The position numbers and the translations under genes were made by a program. Below the pieces are notes generated by a model. The model was not told the origin of the DNA and did not search any database. It worked only from the letters and a program-made list of their open reading frames with translations. 35,623 nucleotides of DNA from assembly GCA_024704765.1 (NCBI GenBank), contig JAKMXF010000071.1, forward strand, positions 1 through 35,623, given 5' to 3'. The stretch is from Oopsacas minuta (lineage: Eukaryota; Animalia; Porifera). Below are positions 11,125 through 24,386 of this stretch, piece after piece (the first letter of the stretch is position 1; every line of letters starts with the position of its first letter).

Positions 11125-11565
11125 AGATATATCACTTGTATGTAATTATTCTATTATATTAGCCACAAGTTCGTTTCTTGTTATGAAGCTAGACTTATAA
11201 GAAGCGATACAATAGCACCAGCCAATAGAAAGTCTACACATTAATGAAAAAGATCCATAAGAAATCTTTCAACCATAAATTAATTAATAATGCAAATATA
11301 ATACACAAAATATACTTGCAAACTTATGATTGGCTAAGAGGATATTCTACTATAGTAGCGTGAACCCGAGAAGGGAGATTTAGTCTACCCTGCAAGGGGG
11401 GTTGTCGCCCCCTCATATATTTTTGTCTAGCCCCGTGTATCCCTGGTAGGGAAATTGTTTTCACTAGGTCCACAGCAACGATTCACTTACATCCTCAGGA
11501 AAAGATCGTAACATCAAATTTTTCCTTACATTGATTAACAAAACGTATTAAATCTCAAAGGTAAG

Positions 11566-11788
11566 TACAGGCTTGCTCTAAACGGCTACACAGGGGTAAC
11601 TAAGTACGCTGAATACGAATTTCGCATTTTCAAGTTTTGCCTATGTATATTTATAATGATTTTCTGAAATAATTAATTTAATTAAGTATGAATTACCTAA
11701 AACGCCTCCGAAGGGATCGTCAATTTGGAACATATACTTCTATATATAAAGTGCCGAGTTCATCGCGAAGCGACGAGCCAAAGGCTTG
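11566..11788 (+). mobile_element. Helitron-like fragment (internal segment plus 3' hairpin end)
   Basis: 11566-11655 matches the reverse complement of ~14590-14680; 11754-11787 matches the reverse complement of 14373-14406; ends hairpin + CTTG|T. Confidence 0.6.
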
Positions 11789-13011
11789 TTGATTGTAAAC
11801 TGTAAATTTCAATTATTAGGGGAGGCGAAATCATTACTTCTATCAACATTTCAGACAGGTAGACCTGAACATAACTTTGCCCCCAAGTAACTATTTCGAA
11901 TTGAAGCGACGCCCCTGCTACCCTGTACAACAGGGATATCGCTAGGATTTCATCAAGTGGGAGCAATGAAATTACCAGAGCATACTGGTCAAGTCTCACG
12001 GATCAAAAGTGAGCTGAGATAATTTACATTCTCACTTTAAAGTTTTGGTAATAGAAAGTTATTACTGTAAATCATCGAATCATTAAATAGAAGGACTAGT
12101 ATCTGGTAATCTCGGATTACGGAACTTGGGTCTCAGTGTATCATGACGCAACGACGTCGTTGGGTCATAAAAATGGCAAATCCTGGAAGTTTTAGTTTTT
12201 TCACCGCTCCTGGTGCTACCTGACGCTCTATGTAGCTCATATTGCTGTATTGATTTTTCAGGTTTGTAGCCAGGGGTGTACCCAAGGGGGGGGGCAGGAA
12301 AGGGACAATATGTTTACGCGTTTAGCAGGAGGAATGCCAAGTGGCGGATCTATAAATTTTAGTTGGGTAACCATCCAGTTCGGCAGTCCGATTGACCTTG
12401 TGCTTTGCGTATATGAATAAGATGGCTACATGTGCAGGGTAATACACGAAAATTAACAATTAGGTTATGGCAGCCAGATGGGTTTTTCCCAAAACCTGGA
12501 CATTGTCAGGTTTTCCGAAAAAACTGAACTTTCCTCGACTGAACCCTTGAAAAAGCTGGACACACAAACTGGAAATCTCATTTATTGAGTTTATGTCTGT
12601 ATTCTTGTAGGCAATGTAATTGAAACAATTACCAATAAATGTATTTGTTAACATAATATATGTTGTGAAGCAATCTAACCAAAATCTTTCCCGAACTGTT
12701 CTCCAACTTGCTAGACTGACCACCACGTGGTTAATGGCTGGTATATTTTAACCCGAAAAATTATAGAACATTTTAGGACAAATTCCAGCTATCACTTAGC
12801 GAGTTACCGTGTATGAGGAACAACATTTCTTCTCATCAGAAATAGGCCCTGGGTAAGTGCACAGTTTGCCCATTGATAAAGACGGCACTGCGGAGGTATT
12901 GCCCTGGGGCACGAGATTTTGCCAGGGGGGGGGGCATTGCCCCAGTGGCGACTTTTTGGCTAGGTAGGGCCATGGCCCTAGCACATTTCGCATTCATTTA
13001 CCCCCTAAATA

Positions 13012-13165
13012 TCTATATTATTAAATCTCAATTGTTGTCTGTTTGTCTGTTTTTGTCCGTTGTCAAGGAAAGAATTTACGGTATGCAATTTTTATGAATA
13101 TAGTAAATAAATTTCAAAATTGAGGTAGAATCATGCTTTCAACGACTATCCTGAGTCCGAATATA
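13012..13165 (+). mobile_element. Helitron-like 5' fragment
   Basis: A|TCTATATTATTAAATCTCAATTGTTGTCTGTTTG start, matching the reverse complement of 14860-15031 and, after an internal deletion, 14488-14580. Confidence 0.65.
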
Positions 13166-13634
13166 GTATTGTAATCAACATTCTGTGAATATTTGTGCGA
13201 TCGTAGTTCTATATATTGTCATAGACTACTACGTAGAATCTCCCAAAGTGGGGCGACCAGGAGGCATTAGCTTGACTCAATACCTCACTTCTTACTTTCA
13301 TATTTTAGAACATTTTTGCGTTAATTAATCGAATTTTGTGCGAGTTAATGTAAGAAAAAAGTCAAAATTTGGACCAATCTAAAAATATATGTAATTCCCA
13401 CATTCCTCACAACTTGAGCAAGAAATATACATTGCTATATAAAACTGTACTTAGCTTAGTAATGTAACAAATTACAATTAAAGCCATTTAATATTTTCTA
13501 TTTAAATATATCCAAAACTGAAACATTCTTATAGCTACCAAGGTGAATACACTCGATCTTAAGATGATCCTGCTCTGAAAATAGTCCTGTAATTCATAAA
13601 ATCATTGTGTATAGGTTGGTGCTTGTACCATAAC

Positions 13635-13790
13635 ATGGACTATTTACAGAACTATCAGCTAGATGGAAGGTTTATTTCCCAAATAGATATAACTGGAGAT
13701 GAAAAAGTTAGAGTTTGGTTCTCCTTTAGGTCTAGCAATCGATGAATCAAACGGAGATGTTTACATTTGTGATTATCTTAACTCAAACAT
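13635..13790 (+). pseudogene. NHL-repeat (beta-propeller blade) gene fragment with a 1-nt frameshift
   Basis: Hand translation MDYLQNYQLDGRFISQIDITGDE, then after a shift near 13704 LEFGSPLGLAIDESNGDVYICDYLNSNIHF, fitting the NHL pattern F-x-x-P-x-G-L-A-I-D...G-x-V-Y-I-x-D-x-x-N-x-x-I. Confidence 0.65.
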
Positions 13791-14371
13791 TCATTTTTTT
13801 AACAGATTTTCAGGGTTCGAATTATTGGACGTTAACCGTTTATCTATCTACATAAGTAAGTAACGATATCATTATAAAAAATATTATTATGAATATTTTA
13901 ATTACGAATATGTAAACATCACAAACAACTCAGAGCTGCGCAATTATAGCTTAGTATTTCAAAAAGAGACGGCTAACCCGAAAAACACCAGAAGAACTAT
14001 CAATAAATGAAGTGAGTATTGCAATTAACAATGCGTCCGAAAGCAATCATTCGAAATCAAACTTAAGTATTTAATTGATAATGAGAAATGTCACAGATCG
14101 AGTGTATGGTCATATTTCACTGTGGATCCTAATAATCAAGCAATTGCTATTTGTCAGGCTGACGGCTGCAAAAAATAGCAAGGTTGTAGAGGAAAAGATG
14201 GAGCTAAGAGAAAAAACTTCTTGACTAAAGCTCTTTGGATCCATTTACAAAATTGGCATAAAAGAGACTACGATAGAGCCAGAGGAGTGAGTTGCGGGTG
14301 AAGCGACAAAACAAGCTAAGATAGGTGAAAAATAGCATAAAAAAGAGGTGTACTTACTCTTTAGAATATAA

Positions 14372-15031
14372 CGAGCCTTTGGCTTGTCGCTTCGCGATGA
14401 ATTCGGCGCATTGCGCCTCGAGGTATTCAACGGACAAACTAACAGGCAAACAATAATAGGAATTTAATAATAATGATATTCTTTATAATATTCAGACTCA
14501 GCATACTCGAGTATACCAGTATAGTCTTTGAAAGTATGATTCTACCTCAATTTTGAAATTTGTTTACTTTATATTCATAAAAACAACAATAAATTTATAT
14601 ATGAGAAACTTAAAATACGAAATTCGAATTAAGCATACTTAGCTTAGTTACCCCTGGGTAGCCGTTTAGAGTTAGCCTGTAGGTATACTTTGAAATATGT
14701 ATAATGTGTTTACTTTATATTCATAAAACAACAATAAATTTACATATGATTAATCCAAAATTGTGAAAATCGGATTCAACATTTTCGGTGTATTTACTGA
14801 AGTTTTATTGAATTCTATTTACTTCCTTGATTAACACGATAAATACATAGTTATGTGACAATTTCAAATTGCATACCGTAAATCCATTCCTTGACAACGG
14901 ACAAACAAACTAACTAACAAACAAACAAACAAACAAACAAACAAACAAACAAACAAACAAACAAACAAACAAACAAACAAACAAACAAGCAAACAAACAA
15001 ACAGACAACAATTGTGATTTAATAATATAGA
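14372..15031 (-). mobile_element. 660-bp non-autonomous Helitron-like element inserted in the hAT transposase
   Basis: Minus strand starts A|TCTATATT, carries a (GTTT)n tract, and ends with hairpins (GGCGCAATGCGCC, AGCCAAAGGCT) then CTCG|T. No TSD; A|T target. CTCG deviates from the canonical CTRR end. Confidence 0.65.
14901..15002 (+). repeat. (CAAA)n microsatellite inside the Helitron-like element
   Basis: About 100 nt of near-perfect ACAA repeats; the homologous position in the 13012 copy has only a few units. Confidence 0.95.
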
Positions 15032-16984
15032 TTGACGCTACCAGAAACAAAAGAGTGTTCCATTATGTGGAATTCAGATAGACCTGAACAGATTTTGGGT
15101 GAATAACTATTGGTACAGTTGCTGTGTGACGGTTTATCGCCATATTCAACCGTAAGCAATGATCAATTCCTTAAAATGATTCCATATTTAAATGAAAGAT
15201 TTACTATTCCATCAGAACAAACTGATCCCCAACTTATACTGACAGTGAAATAAAGATAAAACAGTCGCTCGAGGGAAATAATGCCCCAGTATACTAGATA
15301 GCAACAGATATCTGGTCGACAAAGGACAACGATCTTTCATTTGCTATACCATACGCTATATTAATGTTAATTGGCAGAGGAAGATAGCCATTCTATGATG
15401 TACGCCCTATGACAGCGGACATACCGGAGTATGCATCGCTATGGTCTTGTCAGAAATTCGAAAAAGTTGGTGCCTACAAAATATTCATTGCCTTGTTAGT
15501 GACAATGCAGCTAACCTAGTGAAAGGCTCTGAAATTGCAAATCAACAGTCAGTTGGTTGCATGTGCCACATCCTCCATCTTATTGTGAAATATGCGGTAT
15601 TGGAACAAAGTGGTGTGAAGCTGATGAGACAACGCCTCCAAAAATTAATAAAAAAACTCCGCAAACCAAATTTAAATCCTATTGTAAGAAAAATCCAGCA
15701 GGAATTGGGAATTCCTGAAAAATGTTTGATTCTTTGTATGGAAACCAGATGGAAAGATGTTTGAAAGAGCTTTGGAACTAAAACTCGCCATTAGAGCCGC
15801 TAATGATGAGCTCAACTAAAAATCCCCACATACTGTAAACCCACCCCCCACTGACTGGGACGTTATGCCGAGAGTAACAAAACTCCTTAAACCCATTTCA
15901 CTGCTACTTTATCTGTTAAGGTGACCAAGCTTCAATTTCAGATATCATTCCTATCACCAAACGAATGAAAATGGAGCTCAAACAGTTTCATGATTTTGAA
16001 ATAGGAACATTGAGTGAATTTTTGGAAAACATTCATAACTATTTAGAGGGTGGCGATATAAGAGTCCATTTTGCCAACATAGAAACAAGCGATGTCCATA
16101 CATTTGCAACCCTACTAGATACACGATACAAAAGGAAAGAAAATGCTAAAAGAGCTAAGCAACCTTAAATGTCTAGCTAAAGAATTTCTATATTCCAGAA
16201 AATTGGAATCCACTGTTCCAGACAGTGTTCCTATCCCAAAACTTTTGATCTATTAGACGAGACCATTATCATGGGAAGAGTGCGTTCTCAGTGAGGATGA
16301 CGAAGATACACATATGCAAGGAATGTTATATTGAGACAAAATTTGAAGAGTATTTCTCAAACTGTAAAAGAATACCAATCGATGGGACTGTCTTATGCTT
16401 TTGAAAGTAAGCAAAAAACAGTCCCCTATCTTAAGTTTCTTGGCAAGAACATATCTTTGTCCACCCAGCTCGTCTGCAGAGAGAATTTAGTATAGCTGGA
16501 ATAATCACAAAAAATTGACGAATCAGGCTGCTCCCCTACAAACACTGAAAGATTAGTATTCCTCAAGTACAATCTGCGAGCTATTGGGTGGGACACTCAG
16601 ATTCCTCAGTCGCCAAGAATCATTCAGTCAACCAAATGATATTTTTGTCGAAATGTTGGAGGCAAACCAGGACAATACATTTATCAGGTAGAAAGTGAAG
16701 ACAGTGAGAGAGTGACTATTAATAGATACTTTTGGTAATATTAGTTGTTTAGCAGATCGTATTTAGTAATTTAGATATTAGTTGTAGGATTAACTTCCAC
16801 ATGAAAATGAAAAAGTTGAAATTAATATCACCCTATAATAAATCCATAAATACTATGTCAGAGTACTATACAACACGAAATGAAAGCTCATTGTTGGAAA
16901 TTATTAGCTTGTTCATTTATTCAATAAAATTTTTGTCTAGTTGTCCATTCCCGGTTAGGAATCCCTGGGAAAACCTTAAGAATT

Positions 16985-17070
16985 ACCAGGATCGGCACCG
17001 GGACCGGGACTGTGAAAATGGTCGGGATTGATTGGGATCTTATTCGAACCGGGATCCCAGTCCTTTCCTA
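16985..17070 (+). mobile_element. Probable right end of the hAT element (subterminal CGGGA(C/T) repeats, ends ...CCTTTCCTA)
   Basis: Clustered CCGGGAC/CGGGAT motifs 350-430 nt after the transposase, ending in CCTA as in many hAT TIRs; matching left TIR not found. Confidence 0.4.
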
Positions 17071-17401
17071 TTGTGCTGCTCAAAATGCAAGTTACTACCG
17101 TTACAGGCCTAGTACCTTCGTTCCGTAGATTAATACAAGTATACATTTGCTGATATTAGGATGATTATAACATGATATTGAGGGTAAGATGCAAGCGAAG
17201 TGAGTCAAAATGTTACTGTTTAAATTTGAGCTAATATTTCAGTACATTACAAATGGTTCAATAGCTAACAGTGGCCTTAGTTATTTATCATATGAGCAGC
17301 TGAATGAAAGAGTAATACATAAGGAATAATCATACAGCTACCAGTAAAAGAGCAAACCCCCTCCAAAGCATAACACCCATAGAGTACGTAATCATATTTA
17401 A

Positions 17402-19894
17402 TTAATATGAAAGTAAGTTATCCCAGCGTGAAGTTGGACCAGCAGTAACAACCTCCTCTTTTACCCATTTCTCCCAATTCTCTAGAAACCCTTCATCATA
17501 CTCAGTTTTCGCCTCCGCAAGTACACTGACCGGATTTGTATCAGCAGCAACGAACTCGTCAGGAGTAGAATCCTCAATGTTCTGCAGTGATGGATTTCCC
17601 AAACCATAGTGCCAATGGTTAAATTGATCACATTCTTGCTTGAGAGACATCTCTAGACTCTGGAAATCACACGGTCTGGCATTTAGATCATTTCCATAAG
17701 CCCAATCGTCATGAAGGTGGTGACGTACACTCTGATAGATGCTAGACATAATCTTCATATTATTTCGCCTCCAATTCCTCCCCAGATAGCGTGTCTGCAT
17801 CTTAAGCAGCTTGAGGGCGTATGCTTGTATGAGAGGGTGTCTAATCTTAAGAACCTTTTTTAGGATTTGAGCTGATTTGAAAGCGACAAGTACCATTGTT
17901 CTAGAAGGCTTCCATTTGGTAAGTTTTTGTAGGACGCGTAACAAATTAATACAGGAAAACATATTTCTCCATGAAAGGTAATTACCTTCACCTTCTTCAA
18001 TCTCATCTCCATCTCCAAGCTCCAATTCTTCCTCTAGCTTCGGAGGATATAACAGACAGGCAGGGTACTCAAGGGAATTTATAAAACTCTTTGAATAAAT
18101 GAACTGTAATAGATTCTGATTGAAAAACTTGAGAATTAATGGAATACAATTAGCAAATACGAGGTGATGACATACAAATTCAAACTGATACACATGATTG
18201 AGTTTAAAGTGCTTAAGAAGTAGGAATAATATTGAAGAGACACCCTTAACTACCACTTCTGTGTAGCGGTGTACGTCTAACTCTACGCGTCTACGCTCAA
18301 TATTACTCATCGCATTTACTTGAGACTCACTAGGACACACGTCTATGTAGATATTAAGAGATTCTGTCTTATTCTTAGTCGGAGTAGCTGCCAGCAATAC
18401 CTTGAGTAATGCTATCATGAACTGAGGGAGCTGTGGCAACAGCTGTTCGTATAATAGTTCGGTAGGAGAAGGGAAGGAGGGCGCCAGTCGACAGAGGTCT
18501 AGTTGTTGCTTGGAATATGGCGTGGTAACCTTAGGGAAGAGATTTGGAGAGAGTGGAGGGATCAGTTGCAAATACTTCTCTCTTTCTATTTGTAATTCAG
18601 AGAGGGGAATGTAGAGATGCTGCTCAAGAACTTTGAGGCTATCATGAATGGCTTCGGGAAGATCTCCTAGAAGCTCACCTCCTAGAGCAGCTGGGCCACA
18701 TTTAAATCCTACAAACCTGCTCTGAACCATCTCAAGAAAGGCCTCCATTTCTGTCCGTCGAATCTTAGGCATCAGCTGTGGACCATCTTCATTGGGTCTC
18801 ACTCTACTTCCTTCTCTGGCTAACTCATCGGGGTCACGAGGTTGTAAAATAAAGTCAGGTAGAGGTACAGCAAGTCTGCTCTCATCAAAATGCCCTACTA
18901 AACCAACACCCTCCCTCGCAGCTCTCTTCTTTTTATCGAGCTCTTCAGTCCCTCCCAAAGACGTGAGTATAACTTTCCAAAGAAGCAGTAGGACTTTCTT
19001 TACTGGGAGAGATGGAGCGGAGCCATTACAAAAACGTAACAGCATAGAGAATAGGAGAGTAGCTAGATTCTCTTCACCTGTCATTGGATCTGCCAACTCT
19101 TGATAGAGGCGCTGTCTGTTCTCTATTTCGAACTCTCCCTCTCCCTCTTCCACTCTCCTACACTCTTCCACGAGATGGTATAACACATCCAAACAGCACC
19201 GGGTCTCAGGATTGCTCTGGAATGTAGGTTCATTGTATCCATATTGGTCATCTTCCAATTTGTCTTGGGAGTCAGAGAGCATCTCATAAGCGTCATGCTC
19301 AGCTACACGTGATAGGTGTTCACATAGGAATGGCAGCACTCCAATTGCCAGTAATCTGAAGCAGTTGGTCTTTGCTCTAATTCGAAGTTCTTCCTGACTG
19401 CATGTCTCTCCCCAGCAGCCTTGAGCTACGTATAACAGGGCCTGCAGAGCCCGAATACGTTTAGGACGATTAGCGTTATCAAGATTGTCTAACAGAAACT
19501 GGACCATATCTTTCTTCTGGCTAGCTGATAGTTGACACCAATTCACAGTAGGACCAGAGAGGCGCGAGCTTGCAACTGACAGGAAGGCTCCCTTACAGCT
19601 GAGGACCTCTTCCTGCTCGAAGTAAGAATAGAATTGAGAGAGTTCCTCTTGACACGACTCACTATCCGAATAACAAAATTCAAGATCTGTCTCTGGCTCC
19701 TCTGCTCCTCTTATTCGCTGTACAACCTCCTTGAGAGCATAGGGATCAATTGAATTTATTTCGCTATGACTCTGCTGAGCGGCTGAGCCTCCATCATCAA
19801 GGAAATTTGCCTCTTGAACCGAAGAGTTGTCTAAGTGTTGAGCAGAATAGGAATCTACTGTATCATTACTTACATCGTCAGACTGATAAGACAT
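17402..19894 (-). CDS. STRIP1: Striatin-interacting protein (STRIP1/2, FAM40; STRIPAK complex), single coding exon, 830 aa
   Basis: Conserved blocks PVKKVLLLLWK, HFKLNHVYQFEFV, NCIPLILKFFNQN, LLKMQTRYLGRNWRRNNMKIMSSIYQSVRHHLHDDWAYGND. An upstream exon cannot be excluded (acceptor-like site abuts the ATG). Confidence 0.92.
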   Translation of the reverse strand: MSYQSDDVSNDTVDSYSAQHLDNSSVQEANFLDDGGSAAQQSHSEINSIDPYALKEVVQRIRGAEEPETDLEFCYSDSESCQEELSQFYSYFEQEEVLSCKGAFLSVASSRLSGPTVNWCQLSASQKKDMVQFLLDNLDNANRPKRIRALQALLYVAQGCWGETCSQEELRIRAKTNCFRLLAIGVLPFLCEHLSRVAEHDAYEMLSDSQDKLEDDQYGYNEPTFQSNPETRCCLDVLYHLVEECRRVEEGEGEFEIENRQRLYQELADPMTGEENLATLLFSMLLRFCNGSAPSLPVKKVLLLLWKVILTSLGGTEELDKKKRAAREGVGLVGHFDESRLAVPLPDFILQPRDPDELAREGSRVRPNEDGPQLMPKIRRTEMEAFLEMVQSRFVGFKCGPAALGGELLGDLPEAIHDSLKVLEQHLYIPLSELQIEREKYLQLIPPLSPNLFPKVTTPYSKQQLDLCRLAPSFPSPTELLYEQLLPQLPQFMIALLKVLLAATPTKNKTESLNIYIDVCPSESQVNAMSNIERRRVELDVHRYTEVVVKGVSSILFLLLKHFKLNHVYQFEFVCHHLVFANCIPLILKFFNQNLLQFIYSKSFINSLEYPACLLYPPKLEEELELGDGDEIEEGEGNYLSWRNMFSCINLLRVLQKLTKWKPSRTMVLVAFKSAQILKKVLKIRHPLIQAYALKLLKMQTRYLGRNWRRNNMKIMSSIYQSVRHHLHDDWAYGNDLNARPCDFQSLEMSLKQECDQFNHWHYGLGNPSLQNIEDSTPDEFVAADTNPVSVLAEAKTEYDEGFLENWEKWVKEEVVTAGPTSRWDNLLSY

Positions 19895-20045
19895 CTAAGG
19901 AAAGACTGTCCAGTATCTAGTGTTAAGAGACTGGGAGATTGTAGTTAAATACCCAAGCCTACTGTGTTCACATTATAATATAATCATAGTTTCATACCCT
20001 ACAAATCTCCTGCCATAATGTATTAGTAAGTACATACTTCTCAAG

Positions 20046-20453
20046 TAGGGTTGCCAGATATTCAAAAATCCAAACCCGGACAAAATTTCGTTACGCCAAT
20101 CACTGGTGTATTTATGGGGTCAGAGCCTCATCAGGGGCCTAGAGGACGGATATGTACATATCTCTTTTTCCGCAAGATTTAACTAGATATACGTATAGTG
20201 CGGCACACTTTATTTTGGGCAAAAACACCACTGCCGACAATATGGGTAGGAAATTTCAATAAATATATACTAATGCTTTGGACAATATTTACTGACAGCT
20301 ACTAAAAAGTCTTTCATGAGATCACAAAATTTTCTACTTTTCAAGTGGATTAGTGCTCAGTAAAAATTGGCAGCTATGTAATCCACAATAAATACAATCC
20401 CTCAAACCAGACTCCGGATATAAGGCGCCAAACCAGAACGTGTGGCAGCCCTA
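20046..20453. mobile_element. 408-bp hAT-type MITE
   Basis: TIRs TAGGGTTGCCA / TGGCAGCCCTA (10/11) and an 8-bp TSD TTCTCAAG / TTGTCAAG (7/8). Confidence 0.85.
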
Positions 20454-21129
20454 TTGTCAAGTCTTAAGGATCCAAAGTAAGACCCACGTATTAAAAATAT
20501 CTAACTTCATTTTTACGTTATCACCTTAAAGTTTAAAATTTCTGGGGAAATGGATTTTATTACAGTGAATCATAAGGAAATCAACACTGTCGCACCATAA
20601 TGAGGGTAGATATCCTAATTGCTATTAGCTATCCATTTAAATTCAAATCTAGCTAAATTCAACTAATCTTAAAATCACTGATAGATTTATACAAAAGTCG
20701 ACAATAATAGATTTATAGGGGCCTAGCACGCCTAGAGTGGTCAAAATTCCGTTAAAGGCGCAATTAAATCAAAACAGATACCATCCCACCCGACCAGCCC
20801 TGTGTATTTACTATATTAATAAATTTTCGTGTAATCGGAATGTTAGGTTTCGCAAGGCCGCGGGTTCAGTGCAGACGTCGCACATGACATTACAGAACTT
20901 CCTTGGTGTAGGACTGAACTAAATTAATCCCCAACCTGATAATCTACCAATAATCAAACATGATAATTATTTTACAAGAATTAACTGACAAATCTAATAA
21001 TGATCAGAACAATTTCTGATGATAGGAACATGACTCAGAGTACGAGGGTATCAATATACTAACAAATCTCTCTAGGATTATAACACACTACCACTAAACT
21101 AAGGATAAAGAGTACACAAAATGAATACA

Positions 21130-23607
<2,478 letters not shown>

Positions 23608-23997
23608 TTATTAATTCAATAATTGAAGTAGTTAGATATAATTGTAAAGCAAGTGCATTTATAGTAATATAATCCACTATAAATAGTATCTAAAGTAATG
23701 AAAATTTGTCATACTTATTGCTTAATCTAAAATGATAATGAATAGGTAGATATTTATTTATAGAATTAACTCAACTGAGACATAAGCATAAGCATAAGCA
23801 CGCCAAGATAGTATGTGACCCAAGATATTCTGGTAACTCATAAGCCTTATCAGTTAAAATTGATCCGGAGTTTCGTACTTTCTACTAATGAAGTAAAAAT
23901 AATACATGTTGTAAACTCTAAGAGGGCTTACCTAAAAGGGACCTACCAGACCTCATCTCGTGTCTACTCCCTAATGCGTATTTGACATCTACTAGAT

Positions 23998-24048
23998 CAG
24001 TGGTTCTCAACCTGGGGTCCGCGGGAGAAAAAATGTTGAGAACCAATG
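23998..24048. mobile_element. 51-bp hAT (Charlie-like) mini-element
   Basis: TIRs CAGTGGTTCTCAAC / GTTGAGAACCAATG (13/14) and a perfect 8-bp TSD TACTAGAT (23990-23997 and 24049-24056). Confidence 0.9.
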
Positions 24049-24212
24049 TACTAGATATATTACACGACAGAAAAAATAGCAACAGATGGGTACAGTGGAT
24101 CCCGTTTATTATTATACGACTTACTAGAATAACCCGTTTATTTCATACCGCTTATTATCATTATATTTGAAATCCAAAGCCTTTTTCGTTACTTCTTGTC
24201 CTTCCCGGATGA

Positions 24213-24386
24213 TCCATATTATTATTGTTATACTTTGTTGTTTTGGTCTGTCTGTTTGTTCGTGTTAAGGAAAAGGATTTATGGAATGTTGTATTGAATT
24301 CGAATTACTCAATTCTGAGATGCCGCATAAGGCATAACTATATATATTTATCGTGTTTACCAAGAAAGTAAACAGAATTCAATAAG
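24213..24386 (+). mobile_element. Diverged Helitron-like 5' fragment
   Basis: A|TCCATATTATTA start, GTCTGTCTGTTTG tract, and CATAACTAT..ATTTATCGTGTT...AGAATTCAATAA matching the reverse complement of ~14805-14850. Confidence 0.55.

Larger units (their letters stand above)
14101..16640 (+). pseudogene. Decayed hAT-superfamily transposase (BED finger, DDE core, dimerisation domain), interrupted at 14372-15031
   Basis: BED finger SVWSYF..AIC..C..ALWIHLQNWH (14101-14260, one stop); DGLSPYSTV...FTIPSE; ATDIWS (15301); HTG, SDNAAN, CMCH, METRW; LLDTRYK; ARTYLCPPSSSAERI (~16443-16487); LVFLKYN. Many stops and frameshifts. Confidence 0.85.

Noticed and set aside
11222-11333. ERSE elements upstream of GRP94
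   Set aside because: Two CCAAT boxes are present (11222, 11329), but neither has CCACG at the ERSE (N9) or ERSE-II (N1) spacing.
11340-12990. Several G/C-run motifs resembling hAT MITE ends (e.g. 11395-11413, 11905-11915, 12267-12295, 12920-12980)
   Set aside because: No matched TIR pair with TSD could be established by eye.
16801-17031. 76-aa ORF
   Set aside because: Falls in the AT-rich 3' region and subterminal repeats of the hAT element; no motif.
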